A stretch of DNA of 64,000 nucleotides from Candidatus Latescibacterota bacterium (GTDB taxonomy: Bacteria > Latescibacterota > UBA2968 > UBA8231). The translations under genes and the position numbers were made by a program. The stretch is taken from contig OZ220090.1 of assembly GCA_964291625.2 (NCBI GenBank), forward strand, positions 576,001-640,000, read 5' to 3'. The notes beneath the pieces were generated by a model. The model did not search any database and was not told the DNA's origin. It worked only from the letters and a program-made list of their open reading frames with translations. This document shows, in pieces, positions 38,696 to 48,339 of this stretch; positions within the stretch are counted from its first letter, which is position 1, and every line of letters starts with the position of its first letter.

Positions 38696-39604
38696 ATGAC
38701 GGACTGGTCTTCCCTGTCGACGGAACAGCGCAATCCGGCCAGCGCGGAGATCGACGAGATGGGGACACTCGACCTCGTGCGCCTGATCAACCGGGAGGAA
38801 TCGTGCGTGCCCGCGGCGGTCGGGCGAGTGGCGCCCGAACTGGCCGCGGCCGTCGACCGGGTGGTCGAAGCGTTCCGGGCCGGGGGCCGCCTGCTCTACG
38901 CCGGCGCCGGGACCAGCGGGCGCCTGGGGATCCTCGACGCCTCGGAGTGTCCGCCCACGTACGGCACCGACCCCGACCTGGTGCAGGGAGTGATCGCCGG
39001 GGGCGAGGGCGCCGTGTTCCGGGCCGTGGAGGGGGCCGAGGACAACCCTCGGGGCGCCGTGCCGGACCTCGAGGCCCGCGGCCTGCGCCCGCCGGACATC
39101 GTCGCCGGCATCGCCGCCAGCGGCGTCACCCCCTGGGTCCTCGGCGCCCTGGCCCACGCTCGTTCCCTGGGTTGCACGACGATTCTGGTCTCCTGCAGCG
39201 CATCGGCCGCCGCCGCGGTGGAGGCGGACGTGAAGATCGTGCCCGAAGTCGGCCCCGAGGTGGTCACCGGGTCCACCCGCCTCAAGGCGGGCACGGCGAC
39301 CAAACTGGTTCTCAACACCTTGACCACCGCCGCCATGGTCCGTCTGGGCAAGACCTTCGGCAACCTCATGGTCGATCTGCGACCGACGAACGCGAAGTTG
39401 CGGGACCGCAGCTGCCGGATCCTGGCGGCCCTGACGGGGATCGACCCCCAGGCGGCTCGCCGCCAGCTGGAGACCGCCGGCTGGGACCTGAAGCTGGCCT
39501 TGGTGATGGAGACCTGCGACGTCGACGCCGCCCGCGCCCGGAGGCTGCTCGAGGCCAGCGGCGGGCACGTGAAAGGCGCCCTCGCCGGCGCCGGAGGCCG
39601 ATGA
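38696..39604 (+). CDS. murQ: N-acetylmuramic acid 6-phosphate etherase
   Basis: TEQRNP, GAGTSGRLGILDASECPPTY, GPEVVTGSTRLKAGTA.K, GNLMVD. Confidence 0.95.
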   Translation: MTDWSSLSTEQRNPASAEIDEMGTLDLVRLINREESCVPAAVGRVAPELAAAVDRVVEAFRAGGRLLYAGAGTSGRLGILDASECPPTYGTDPDLVQGVIAGGEGAVFRAVEGAEDNPRGAVPDLEARGLRPPDIVAGIAASGVTPWVLGALAHARSLGCTTILVSCSASAAAAVEADVKIVPEVGPEVVTGSTRLKAGTATKLVLNTLTTAAMVRLGKTFGNLMVDLRPTNAKLRDRSCRILAALTGIDPQAARRQLETAGWDLKLALVMETCDVDAARARRLLEASGGHVKGALAGAGGR

Positions 39605-40555
39605 GTGCAGACCCGTACTCTCGGCTCGACGGACCTGCGGGTCTCCGCCCTGGGCCTGGGCACGGTGGAGCTGGGTATCCCCTACGGGATCGGCAGACCG
39701 CCGCCCCCGGACGACCGCCTCTGCCTGCGGCTGCTCCACCGGGCGCGCGACCAGGGCGTGACCTACATCGACACCGCCCCGGCCTACGGACGCAGCGAGG
39801 AACTCGTGGGCCGCGCCTTCCCCGGTGCCCGGGGTGTCGTTGTGGCCACCAAGGTCTCCCTGCGCGACGACGCCGGCGGCCTCCTGCCGCCGCAGCGCCT
39901 GTCCCGGGCGATGGGCGACTCGGTCGACCGCAGCCGCCGCAGACTCTCGGTGGAGACCCTCGACCTGCTGCAGATCCACAACCTCGGCGAAGGCGAGCTG
40001 AGCGAGGCGCTTCTGGCGGCCATGGCCGAGCAGGTCGAGGCGGGACACGTGCGCCACTGGGGTGTGTCCACCTACGGCCGGCTGGCGCCCCGGGAGGCGC
40101 TGCGTCACAGGCGGTCCGTCGACGTGCTGCAGGTGGCCTACAGCATCCTCGACCGCACCCTCGAGGAAGAGATCCTGCCCCGCTGCCGCGAGCGGAACGT
40201 GGGCCTCGTGGTGCGCTCCGTCTTCCTGCAGGGCGTGCTCTCGGCGCGGCGGCGGGACCTCGGCTCCCTCCTGGAGCCGCTGCGGCGGGCCTCCGACGCC
40301 GCGGCCCGGGTTGCCGACGGCCTCGGGATCGGGCTGCCCGATCTCGCCTTGCGCTTCGCCTTTCACGAATCCCGCGCCCACGTGACCCTCGTCGGCACGG
40401 CTCAGGCGGACGAGCTCGACGCCAACCTGCGCGCCCTCGAGGCAGGCCCTCTACCCTCCGACGCGGTGGACGAGCTGCGCCGGATTCACGTCGAGGACGA
40501 GAGTCTGCTCCACCCCGGAACCTGGAACCCGCTCCCGGAAGGCCCGAACCAATGA
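39605..40555 (+). CDS. Aldo/keto reductase
   Basis: LGLGT, IDTAPAYGRSEELVG, VATK, DLLQIH, GVSTY. Confidence 0.9.
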   Translation: MQTRTLGSTDLRVSALGLGTVELGIPYGIGRPPPPDDRLCLRLLHRARDQGVTYIDTAPAYGRSEELVGRAFPGARGVVVATKVSLRDDAGGLLPPQRLSRAMGDSVDRSRRRLSVETLDLLQIHNLGEGELSEALLAAMAEQVEAGHVRHWGVSTYGRLAPREALRHRRSVDVLQVAYSILDRTLEEEILPRCRERNVGLVVRSVFLQGVLSARRRDLGSLLEPLRRASDAAARVADGLGIGLPDLALRFAFHESRAHVTLVGTAQADELDANLRALEAGPLPSDAVDELRRIHVEDESLLHPGTWNPLPEGPNQ

Positions 40556-41655
40556 CGGATAGATCGCCGTTGATCGGTGTGGCGGTGGACGATCTCGACA
40601 CCCCCGCCCTGCTCGTCGACCTGGACCGCTTCGAAGCCAACGTCGCCCACCTGGCCGGGTACTGCCGGGACCACGGTGTCGCCTGGCGCCCCCACAGCAA
40701 GTGCCACAAGAGCCCGGAGATCGCCGCCGTCGAGCGCGGCGCCGGCGCCATCGGGGTCACCTGCGCCAAACTCAGCGAGGCGCAGATCATGATCGACCAC
40801 GGGATCGACGAGGTCCTGCTGGCCAACCAGGTGATCTCCCATTCCAAGCTGCGCAGGCTCTCCCGGCTTCAGGAGCGGGGGCGGGTGATCGGCATCGCCG
40901 ACGCCGAGGAAGCGGTGCGCGCCGCCTCGGCTGCCGGCGTGGAGACGGGCCTGCCGATCCCCCTTCTCGTCGACGTCGACATCGGCATGCACCGCACCGG
41001 CGTCCCCCCGGAGGCGGCGCTGCCCCTGGCGCGCAGGATCGCCGACGCGCCCGGCACCCGGCTCCTCGGCGTCATGGGCTACGAGGGCCACGTCCTCGAC
41101 GAGCATCCCCCCGAGGTCAAGGAACGGGCCTGCCACGAGGCCCTCGCCCATCTCGGGCGGGTCCGGGAGGAACTGGTGGCCGACGGCCTCCCCTGTGAGA
41201 TCGTCTCGGCGGGAGGCACCGGGTCGTACGCCCTCACCGCCGCCTGGGAGGGGGTCACGGAGATCCAGGCCGGAGGCGGGATCTTCATGGACGCCATGTA
41301 CCGCGAGAAGTGTCACGTCGGCGAGGAGCTCGGTTACGCCCTGACCGTGCTGGCCGGCGTGACCGGCCGCCACGACGGCCACATCGTCCTCGACTCGGGG
41401 TTCAAGACCCTGTCGGCCTTCCACTACCCGCCCCGGGCCCTGGGCCGCGACGACCTCGAGTTCCGCTACCTCTCCGCCGAGCACGGCGTCTTCGACATCC
41501 GACCGGGCCATGCCGGGCCCGCCCTCGGAGAGCGGATCCACCTGCTTCCCGGGTACGGCGACTCGACGACCGTCCTCCACGACGCCTTTCTCGGGGTTCG
41601 CCAGGGACGCGTCGAGTGCCAGTGGGGCATCCTCGGCCGGGGAGCCCTTACCTGA
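40552..41655 (+). CDS. DSD1-family fold-type III PLP enzyme (D-threonine aldolase/D-serine dehydratase-like)
   Basis: LDTPALLVD, WRPHSKCHK, CAKLSEA, HRTGV, MGYEGH, SAGGTG, EIQAG, SAEHG. Confidence 0.88.
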   Translation: MTDRSPLIGVAVDDLDTPALLVDLDRFEANVAHLAGYCRDHGVAWRPHSKCHKSPEIAAVERGAGAIGVTCAKLSEAQIMIDHGIDEVLLANQVISHSKLRRLSRLQERGRVIGIADAEEAVRAASAAGVETGLPIPLLVDVDIGMHRTGVPPEAALPLARRIADAPGTRLLGVMGYEGHVLDEHPPEVKERACHEALAHLGRVREELVADGLPCEIVSAGGTGSYALTAAWEGVTEIQAGGGIFMDAMYREKCHVGEELGYALTVLAGVTGRHDGHIVLDSGFKTLSAFHYPPRALGRDDLEFRYLSAEHGVFDIRPGHAGPALGERIHLLPGYGDSTTVLHDAFLGVRQGRVECQWGILGRGALT

Positions 41656-41662
41656 CGGCCTC

Positions 41663-42844
41663 GTGAACCTGCTCCTGGTCTCGGTCGACAGCCTGCGTCT
41701 CGATCACGCGGCGAGGGCCTCCGGGGCCCGGGTGCGGACGCCGCGCTTCGACGCCCTCACACGCGGCTTCGCCTTCACCGAGTCCTGCTTCTCCGTCTCC
41801 TCCGCCACCCGTCCCGTCCACGCCTCCCTGGTGACGGGCCTCCACCCCTTCGAGCACGGAGTCCAGGACCAGTACGACCAGCGCCTGCGCCCGGGGACCC
41901 CCCGCCTCTTCGCCCGCCTCCGGGAGGCCGGCTGCCGCGTCGGTCTGTTCTCCGAGGCGGCCTCGATCTTTCACGGCCTCGACTTCGGCGCCCCCGTCCT
42001 GGACCTCGACCTGCGGCCGGGGGCCGGTCTCGCGCGCCTGCGCGCCTGGCTGGCGGAGTCGGCGGCCGCTTCCCGGCGGTGCCTCTTCGTCCACTACTGG
42101 AGCACCCACACCCCCTACGGGGCCGCCGACGGTCTGGCCATGGGAGAGACCCTGCGGCTCCTGCGCGGGGGGAGGCTCGAGGTCGTCCGCGGCCGCTACC
42201 GGGCGGCGGTGGAGAGCCTCTTCGAGGGGGGCATCGCGCCCCTCCTGGAGGAGATCGACCTCGGCGCGTGGTCGATCGTGATCTTCGGCGACCACGGGGA
42301 GAGCTGGACCCCGGAGGAGCCGTATCACGGCAAGACCCTGCGCAACTCCGTCCTGAGGGTGCCCCTGTGGATGCACGTCCCCGGCGTCGGGCGGGGGATC
42401 GGGGGGGCCGGAGAGGTGGTCAGTCTGATCGACCTGCACGAGACGGTGGCGGCCATCTGCGGACTGGAGGGGACGGAGCCCGGCCCCGGGCGGGACCTGA
42501 CCCGCTCCTCCGGGGAGGCCCGGTACTGCCTGGCCGAGGTCCGTCCGGGGGGAGACGACGATGCGGCGCAGGGCCCGGAGCACTCGAAGGCCGGCCTCCG
42601 CTGGTGCGTTCTGGACCGCCGCCACAAGCTCCTCGGCGGGGACGAGGGCTGGGAGCTGTTCGACACCTGGTCGGAGCTGCCGGTCTCCGGCGAGGACGTG
42701 TCCGAGCGGGCCGAGCCCTACCGGAGGGCCAGGCTGGAGATGCGCAGGAGATCCAGGTGGGGCGAGAGGGCGGGGCCGGTATCGGACGTGGATGGGTCCG
42801 CGGAACTGCGCCGGAGGCTCCGGGCCCTCGGCTACCTGGACTAG
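41663..42844 (+). CDS. Sulfatase-like/alkaline phosphatase superfamily hydrolase
   Basis: VSVDSLR.DH, TRPVHASLVTG, HTPY, GDHGE, VSLID, C-terminal LRALGY. Confidence 0.8.
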   Translation: MNLLLVSVDSLRLDHAARASGARVRTPRFDALTRGFAFTESCFSVSSATRPVHASLVTGLHPFEHGVQDQYDQRLRPGTPRLFARLREAGCRVGLFSEAASIFHGLDFGAPVLDLDLRPGAGLARLRAWLAESAAASRRCLFVHYWSTHTPYGAADGLAMGETLRLLRGGRLEVVRGRYRAAVESLFEGGIAPLLEEIDLGAWSIVIFGDHGESWTPEEPYHGKTLRNSVLRVPLWMHVPGVGRGIGGAGEVVSLIDLHETVAAICGLEGTEPGPGRDLTRSSGEARYCLAEVRPGGDDDAAQGPEHSKAGLRWCVLDRRHKLLGGDEGWELFDTWSELPVSGEDVSERAEPYRRARLEMRRRSRWGERAGPVSDVDGSAELRRRLRALGYLD

Positions 42845-43290
42845 GACCGGCCTCCGGATCCGGGTGATTCCGGAGCGCCCGGCGCCGGGGCCCCCCGCCG
42901 CATCAGGGACGACTTGTAGCGCTCCGGCTCGTACGCCTCGAGAGTGACGATGCGGCACCCCGGGATGGCCTCGGCGAGCCCGGGCGGCGGCTTCTGGTCA
43001 TACCCCAGAGCGATCACCCCGGGGCCGATGTCGGCCACCACCCGCAGGAAATCGGAGCCCGGATACCCGAGACGAGCGTCGTCCACGGCGTCGTGCTCCG
43101 AGATCCGCCGCAGGCGCTCGTCCTCCCCCTGATCCGGCCCCTTGCCCTTGATGCGCAGGACGTTGGCATCCCGCGCCACGACCACGAAGAGCTCGTCCCC
43201 GAGACGGGCGGCCTGGCGGAGGAAGGAGTCGTGGCCCGGGTGGAAGTGGTCGAAGGTCCCGCAGCACATGACCCGCCGCCCCGCCTCCAC
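42841..43290 (-). CDS. Cytidylyltransferase-family nucleotidyltransferase, probable archaeal-type FAD synthase (RibL-like)
   Basis: GTFDHFHPGH, VVVARD, ERL..VDDARLG, IALGYDQ, YKSS. Confidence 0.72.
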   Translation of the reverse strand: MEAGRRVMCCGTFDHFHPGHDSFLRQAARLGDELFVVVARDANVLRIKGKGPDQGEDERLRRISEHDAVDDARLGYPGSDFLRVVADIGPGVIALGYDQKPPPGLAEAIPGCRIVTLEAYEPERYKSSLMRRGAPAPGAPESPGSGGRS

Positions 43291-43808
43291 TAGCGGCCCT
43301 CCCCCTCCTTCGATCGGCGGTCCACCCAGAACTGTCCGCCCTGCTCGCGGCTGAAGCGTTGTCCGAAGCTGTCGGCCTCCTCGCGGCGGGCGAAGTAGCC
43401 GATGCGCAGGCGGACCCCCTGGGCCGAGGGGAGGAGATAGGCGGGGTAGCCGAGGGCCTTGAGCTGTTGCAGCCGCTCACGGGCCCGGCCGGGGTCTGCA
43501 AACATCCCGACCTGCACCGTGTACTCCCCGTCGGGAGCGAAGGCCACCCCATCCTTCGCCCCAGGCAGGGCAGCCTCGATGGGGGCGGGCTCTTCGGGGG
43601 CTTCCTCGACCATCGGCGGAGGGGCCGACAGGTCGGCGGTGCGGACCTGCTGGCTGTCCTCCACGACGTAGACGATCTCGGTGCGCGTCCCCGGCTCTTC
43701 CCCGCCGGGGTCGGAGCCGCCTCCGGCGCATGCGCACAGAACCACGGAGAACGCCAGGGAGGCCGGGGCGGGAAGGCCGGGCCGGGAGGATGGACGGGTC
43801 TGTCTCAT
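43290..43808 (-). CDS. SPOR-domain lipoprotein
   Basis: Lipobox-like VLCAC; YTVQVGMF..LKALGY..RLRIGYF SPOR pattern. Confidence 0.8.
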   Translation of the reverse strand: MRQTRPSSRPGLPAPASLAFSVVLCACAGGGSDPGGEEPGTRTEIVYVVEDSQQVRTADLSAPPPMVEEAPEEPAPIEAALPGAKDGVAFAPDGEYTVQVGMFADPGRARERLQQLKALGYPAYLLPSAQGVRLRIGYFARREEADSFGQRFSREQGGQFWVDRRSKEGEGR

Positions 43809-44812
43809 GGTCTCAGATCTTCAGGACGCTCTTGGAGGCGGGGAGCCGCGGCCTCGAGCCGTTCGAGGAGGAACAACCCCCATTTCCTTCGGTTCACATG
43901 GTACGGCAAGGAAGCGAGGGCTTCCAGCGGCAGGCCGGAACGGCGCAGCCGCGTCCCCAACTCCGGACTCGGCGGGGCCAGCATGGCCACGACCCCTCCC
44001 GGGGCGACGACCCGGGAGAGGTCGGCCATCTCCTCCTCCAGGTTCTCCACCCCGGCCCGAGGAACCAGCAGAGCCGCCGCGGCGGTCTCGTCCCCCACCG
44101 GCAGGCGCCGGCTGTCGGCGCCCACAGCGAGGCCGCTGCCGTCCCCTCGGCCGACCCAGGCTCCCGCCCTGCCCTTGTGGGGGACCGCCACGAGGAGATC
44201 CTGATCCTCGAGGTCGAGGAGCCGCGCAACGGAGCTGGCCGCAGGCCCGGGCCAGCCCTCCCGGCGGGGATCTCCCCCGGGGCGTCCGGGCCCGAGCTGG
44301 ACGGAGACCAGGGCGCGCCGGCGCCTCACCTGCAGGTTCAGGCGTATCGGCGAGCCGCTCCCGCTGCCGGACTGCAGCCCGAACTCCGACCTCAGGAGCG
44401 TCTCGGCCCCGGCGCGCAACTCCCCGGTCTCGAAGCGGTGGTTTCCGCGAAGGCTGACATCCAGGTGGAACCGGCCCCCATCGACGCCCGGGTCGCAGGC
44501 GCGGGCGATACGGTGCACGCTCTCCAGCGGCAGCTGGCGGAGGCATCTCAGGGTCCGCTCCAGGCCGGGCCTGCCGACGGTGACATCGTGGGCCTGCGCC
44601 GCGATCGCCTGCAGGCGGGTGGGGCACCGCAACTCGAGGAGCCGGCGGGGACTGGCGCGGTAGCGGAAGAAGACCCGGCCCACCCCGCCTCTCTCCGGGC
44701 GCACGGCGGAGGCCGCGGAGCCGAGACGGACCCGCATCTCCTCGACGGCGACCTCCTCGAGGCCGCCGATGCAGGTGATGACGAACTCCGTCAGACTCGC
44801 GGGGGCGGACAT
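43805..44812 (-). CDS. THUMP-domain protein with degenerate methyltransferase-like C-terminus
   Basis: ITCIGGLEEVAVEE..GRVFF, RGNHRF THUMP-like region; no clear SAM-binding motif. Confidence 0.55.
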   Translation of the reverse strand: MSAPASLTEFVITCIGGLEEVAVEEMRVRLGSAASAVRPERGGVGRVFFRYRASPRRLLELRCPTRLQAIAAQAHDVTVGRPGLERTLRCLRQLPLESVHRIARACDPGVDGGRFHLDVSLRGNHRFETGELRAGAETLLRSEFGLQSGSGSGSPIRLNLQVRRRRALVSVQLGPGRPGGDPRREGWPGPAASSVARLLDLEDQDLLVAVPHKGRAGAWVGRGDGSGLAVGADSRRLPVGDETAAAALLVPRAGVENLEEEMADLSRVVAPGGVVAMLAPPSPELGTRLRRSGLPLEALASLPYHVNRRKWGLFLLERLEAAAPRLQERPEDLRP

Positions 44813-44818
44813 GCCGGT

Positions 44819-46078
44819 TCAGCCCCCGGGGAGGACGGTGGCGGCGGCCGGCCCGTCCGGCGTCAGACACTCGGCCGCGCAGGCCGCCACGGCCGCCGCG
44901 TCGAGGGCGCCGTCGCCGAGATGGAGGTCCACGAGATCGAAGGGATGGCAGCCGCGGCGCACGGCGCACTCGACGAGGTCGGCGCACTCCTCCGCGTCCT
45001 CCCACCGGCAGACCATCTCGCCGAAGACCCGGCGCCGGGCCTGCTCGAAGCCCTCCTCGATCCGCGCACCCGTCTCCAGCTCCTCGACGATGGCGTGGCG
45101 CAGCGCTTCGGGGTGGTCCGTATCTCCCCCGAGCAGGCAGAAACCGTAGAGCCCGTCGAGGTGGACCTCGCCGCCGAAGCTCTCACCGTCGATCAGGCCG
45201 GACTCGTAAGCCTCCTCGAAGAAGCCGCTCGAAGCGCCGAAGAGGATGTCGAGGGCCATCTCCAGGCTCAACTCGCGCCGCAGCAGCTCCAACCCTGCAG
45301 CCGGGACCGGATCCGGGAAGAGCAGCAGGTGTCGGGCCTTGGCCACGGCTCTCCGGACCTCCATGTCCTGCGGCCTCGCTTCGATCCTCGGTCCGCGGCC
45401 CCCCCCGGCGGCACCCGACGGCCACGCCTCCAGCAGCTCCACCCCGCGCCGGCAGACGGCCTCCCCCTCCGCGGCGCCGCAGACGATCAGCTGCAGGGCG
45501 CCCGGGTGGTAGTACTGCTGGTGGCACCGGCTCAGCACCCCGGCGTCGATCCGGCGCAGGCTCTCCGGGGTTCCGGCGATGTCCACGGCGATCCTGTGTT
45601 CGCCGTACAGGGCGCGCAGGGCGGTCTGGAAGGCCACCCACTCGACGCTGTCATCGAAGAGCTGGATCTCGCGGGCGATGATCTCTCGTTCCCGCTCCAC
45701 GCCTGACTCGGGGAAGTGGCCCCGACCGGCGAGCTCGAAGAGCAGGGGGAGGCAGTCCTCGAAGGCTTCGGCGCTGGCGGTGAAGGAGAAAGAGGTGCCC
45801 GTGAGCCCGGTCTGGGCGTCGACATCGGCTCCCAGACTCGTGAACCGGTCGGTGATGTCCCCCTCGGGCTTCTCGAAGAGCCGGTGCTCCAGGAAGTGGG
45901 CGGTGCCCTCCGGCAGAGCCGGTCCTCCGGGGGCTCCGGCGTCGATGGCACCGAAGTCCACCAGGAGGACCGCGTGACAGCGGCGGCCCGGGCAGGGCAC
46001 AGCCCACACCCTTCCGCCGCCGGGGACGGCGGCGGTCCATACCTCCTCGCGCAGCAGGGGATGCCCTCTCCGGTTCAC
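44819..46078 (-). CDS. M16 family zinc peptidase, active subunit (YmfH-like)
   Basis: PEGTAHFLEHRLFE (HxxEH), EREIIAREI, DIAGT.ES, YHP. Confidence 0.88.
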   Translation of the reverse strand: MNRRGHPLLREEVWTAAVPGGGRVWAVPCPGRRCHAVLLVDFGAIDAGAPGGPALPEGTAHFLEHRLFEKPEGDITDRFTSLGADVDAQTGLTGTSFSFTASAEAFEDCLPLLFELAGRGHFPESGVEREREIIAREIQLFDDSVEWVAFQTALRALYGEHRIAVDIAGTPESLRRIDAGVLSRCHQQYYHPGALQLIVCGAAEGEAVCRRGVELLEAWPSGAAGGGRGPRIEARPQDMEVRRAVAKARHLLLFPDPVPAAGLELLRRELSLEMALDILFGASSGFFEEAYESGLIDGESFGGEVHLDGLYGFCLLGGDTDHPEALRHAIVEELETGARIEEGFEQARRRVFGEMVCRWEDAEECADLVECAVRRGCHPFDLVDLHLGDGALDAAAVAACAAECLTPDGPAAATVLPGG

Positions 46079-47367
46079 CACGGCGCCAGAAAGTAGTCGG
46101 TCTCCAGTTCCAGGCGCGCCGCCTCGGCACGGACCGCCCCCGCGTCGACTCCGCCCAGTGCCTGCCGCAGGCGCCTTCGCGAGGTGTCGGCCCCCGCCAG
46201 CCGCCGGTAGTAGTCGAAGCGGACGAGGCGGTCCCGGGCGTCGTCGAAGCCGTCGAGCCGGTTCCGGGCGAGGGCGCGCGAGCGTTCGAGCTCGGCCCCG
46301 CCGGGACCGGCCCGGGCCAGCTCCCGCAGCTGCTCCCGAACCAGGCCGCCCACAGCCTCCCGGTCTCCGGCCTCGACCCCGGCCTCGACGAAGAACATCC
46401 CTCCCATGGCCTCGCCGTAGGAGGTGATGTAGTAGCACATCCCCGACTCCTCGCGGACCACCCGCGAGAGGCGGGAGTGCTGATCGGCCGCGAAGATCAG
46501 GTCCAGAAGGGCCAGGGCCGGGTAGCGGCAGCGCTCCCCGCCGCCGACGGTGACATCGGTGCGGTAACCAAGCATCATCCGGCCCTGGGCCACCCTGTCC
46601 CGCTCGGTCACCCTCCTCATCCCCTCCCCGGCCAGGTGGACGGGAGGCGGGGGTGTCGCCTCCAGGTCGGGGCGCGGCCAGCCCAGGGCCGCCTCCGCCA
46701 GGGTCGCCGCACGGTCGACGTCGACATCCCCGCAGATGTAGAGATCGAGGGCCGCCGAAGCCCGGAGCCCGGCCAGCTCGGCCAGGAGGTCGGAGCCGGT
46801 CAGGCCGCACAACTCCGACGGATCGCCGTGCGCCGCCAGTCCATACGCCTCCCCCGCGCACATGATTTCGAGACAGCGCCTCTGGGCGAGGGCGGTCCGG
46901 TCGGAGTAGATCGCCTCGACACTGCGGCGCAGGGACTCCTTCTCCTGCTCCACCCGGGCCTCCGGAAAGACCCCCCCCTCCAGGTACGGCTCTCGCAACG
47001 CCTGACCCAGCAGCTCGAGGCCGGGGGCCAGCAGATCGGGGCGGCCGGGGAGGTACGCGCCCTCCACGGCCTCGTAGTGCAGGTGCAGGACCTGAAACGG
47101 TCCCATGCCTTCGGTCTGGGAGGAGAAGACGGCTCCGTAGAGATCGTCGGTGTGGCGGTTCAACTGGCGGATCCCGGGGAGGCTGGCGGTGCCGCGCTCC
47201 AGCAGGCGCCCCACCAGGGCCATCCGCGTCGCCGCCACGGGCCGGAGCAGACGCGGAAGGAAGAGATCGATCCACACCGACTTGAAGCGCCGGGAACGGC
47301 GCACGTGGAGGCGCAGCCCGGGGTGCAGGAGGAAGCTGTCGAAGTCCGAGTCGGGCTCCGGGGCCAC
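46075..47367 (-). CDS. M16 family peptidase-like, inactive subunit (YmfF-like)
   Basis: RRFKS, LYGA, HSRL..VREESGMCYY; lacks HxxEH; pairs with downstream active subunit; start uncertain. Confidence 0.82.
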   Translation of the reverse strand: MAPEPDSDFDSFLLHPGLRLHVRRSRRFKSVWIDLFLPRLLRPVAATRMALVGRLLERGTASLPGIRQLNRHTDDLYGAVFSSQTEGMGPFQVLHLHYEAVEGAYLPGRPDLLAPGLELLGQALREPYLEGGVFPEARVEQEKESLRRSVEAIYSDRTALAQRRCLEIMCAGEAYGLAAHGDPSELCGLTGSDLLAELAGLRASAALDLYICGDVDVDRAATLAEAALGWPRPDLEATPPPPVHLAGEGMRRVTERDRVAQGRMMLGYRTDVTVGGGERCRYPALALLDLIFAADQHSRLSRVVREESGMCYYITSYGEAMGGMFFVEAGVEAGDREAVGGLVREQLRELARAGPGGAELERSRALARNRLDGFDDARDRLVRFDYYRRLAGADTSRRRLRQALGGVDAGAVRAEAARLELETDYFLAPW

Positions 47368-47580
47368 GGCGAGAGCGAGGGGTGGTGCGTGGTTGGCGGT
47401 AGAGTCGGGGGCGGGCCCTTGGCGGGCTCGCGGTGTCACTGGATCCAAGATCGGCGAACCCCGGCTCCAGGGCAAAGCGTACGGCCCCGCGGATGATCCG
47501 AGCCGCCGGTCCGATCCCCGGGGCTTGCCCGGCGGCCTCGGGTAGGCGATGATGGTGCACCTTGCCTCCAGGACAAGGGA

Positions 47581-48339
47581 ATGAGCGTCTCTCTGGATCT
47601 GATCTCCATCGTGCTGGTGGAGCCTGCGGTTCCCGGAAACATCGGCTCCGTGGCCCGGGTCATGCGCAACACGGGGCTGAGCCGCCTCACCCTCGTCCGC
47701 CCCGGCGACTGGCGCACCCCCGAATGCGAATGGATGGCCCACGGCTCGGCGGATGTCCTCGACGAGGCCCGTGTCGTGGAGGACCTGGAGGAGGCGGTCA
47801 CGGACTGCCAGATCGTCATCGGGACCACGCACCGCGTGGGCAGGTTTCGGGTCGTGGACGACGACTACCGCGCATCCCTTGCCGAGACTTCGGCCCAGGC
47901 CGCTGCGGGCCGCCGCATCGCCGTCCTCTTCGGGCGCGAGAAGGACGGCCTCTCGCGGTCGGAACTGGTGCGCTGCCAGCGCCTCATCCGCATCCCATCG
48001 GCCGTCCCCCACCCCTCCTTCAACCTGTCGCACGCGGTGCTCCTGGTGGCTTACGAGTTGTTCCGGCGCCTCGGCGATCCGCCGCGGACGGCCCCCGCCG
48101 CGCCGCTGGCCACAGCGGCACAGATCGACCGGGTCGTGGAGCACCTGCTGGAGGCGATGCTCACCATCGGGTTCAGGCCCCGGAACGAGGACCCGGCGAA
48201 CTTCGAGCGCGTGCTCCGCCGGTTCCTGGGGCGGGCCCCCCTCGAAAGGCGGGACGCGGCCGTGCTGCACCGCCTGGCGGGACAGGTCGGCAAGTTCGCC
48301 CGCCGTCTCCGGCAGGGCCCGGACGAGACTTCAGTGTGA
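47581..48339 (+). CDS. trmJ: SPOUT RNA methyltransferase, TrmJ/TrmH family
   Basis: VLVEP..PGNIGSVARVMRN.G, LFGRE..GL, PSFNLSHAV. Confidence 0.78.
   Translation: MSVSLDLISIVLVEPAVPGNIGSVARVMRNTGLSRLTLVRPGDWRTPECEWMAHGSADVLDEARVVEDLEEAVTDCQIVIGTTHRVGRFRVVDDDYRASLAETSAQAAAGRRIAVLFGREKDGLSRSELVRCQRLIRIPSAVPHPSFNLSHAVLLVAYELFRRLGDPPRTAPAAPLATAAQIDRVVEHLLEAMLTIGFRPRNEDPANFERVLRRFLGRAPLERRDAAVLHRLAGQVGKFARRLRQGPDETSV

Noticed and set aside
35502-38699. Very long antisense/alternate-frame ORFs (e.g. 35502-38699, 50345-53737, 4467-6356)
   Set aside because: Shadow ORFs opposite recognisable genes, expected in high-GC DNA; no protein motifs.
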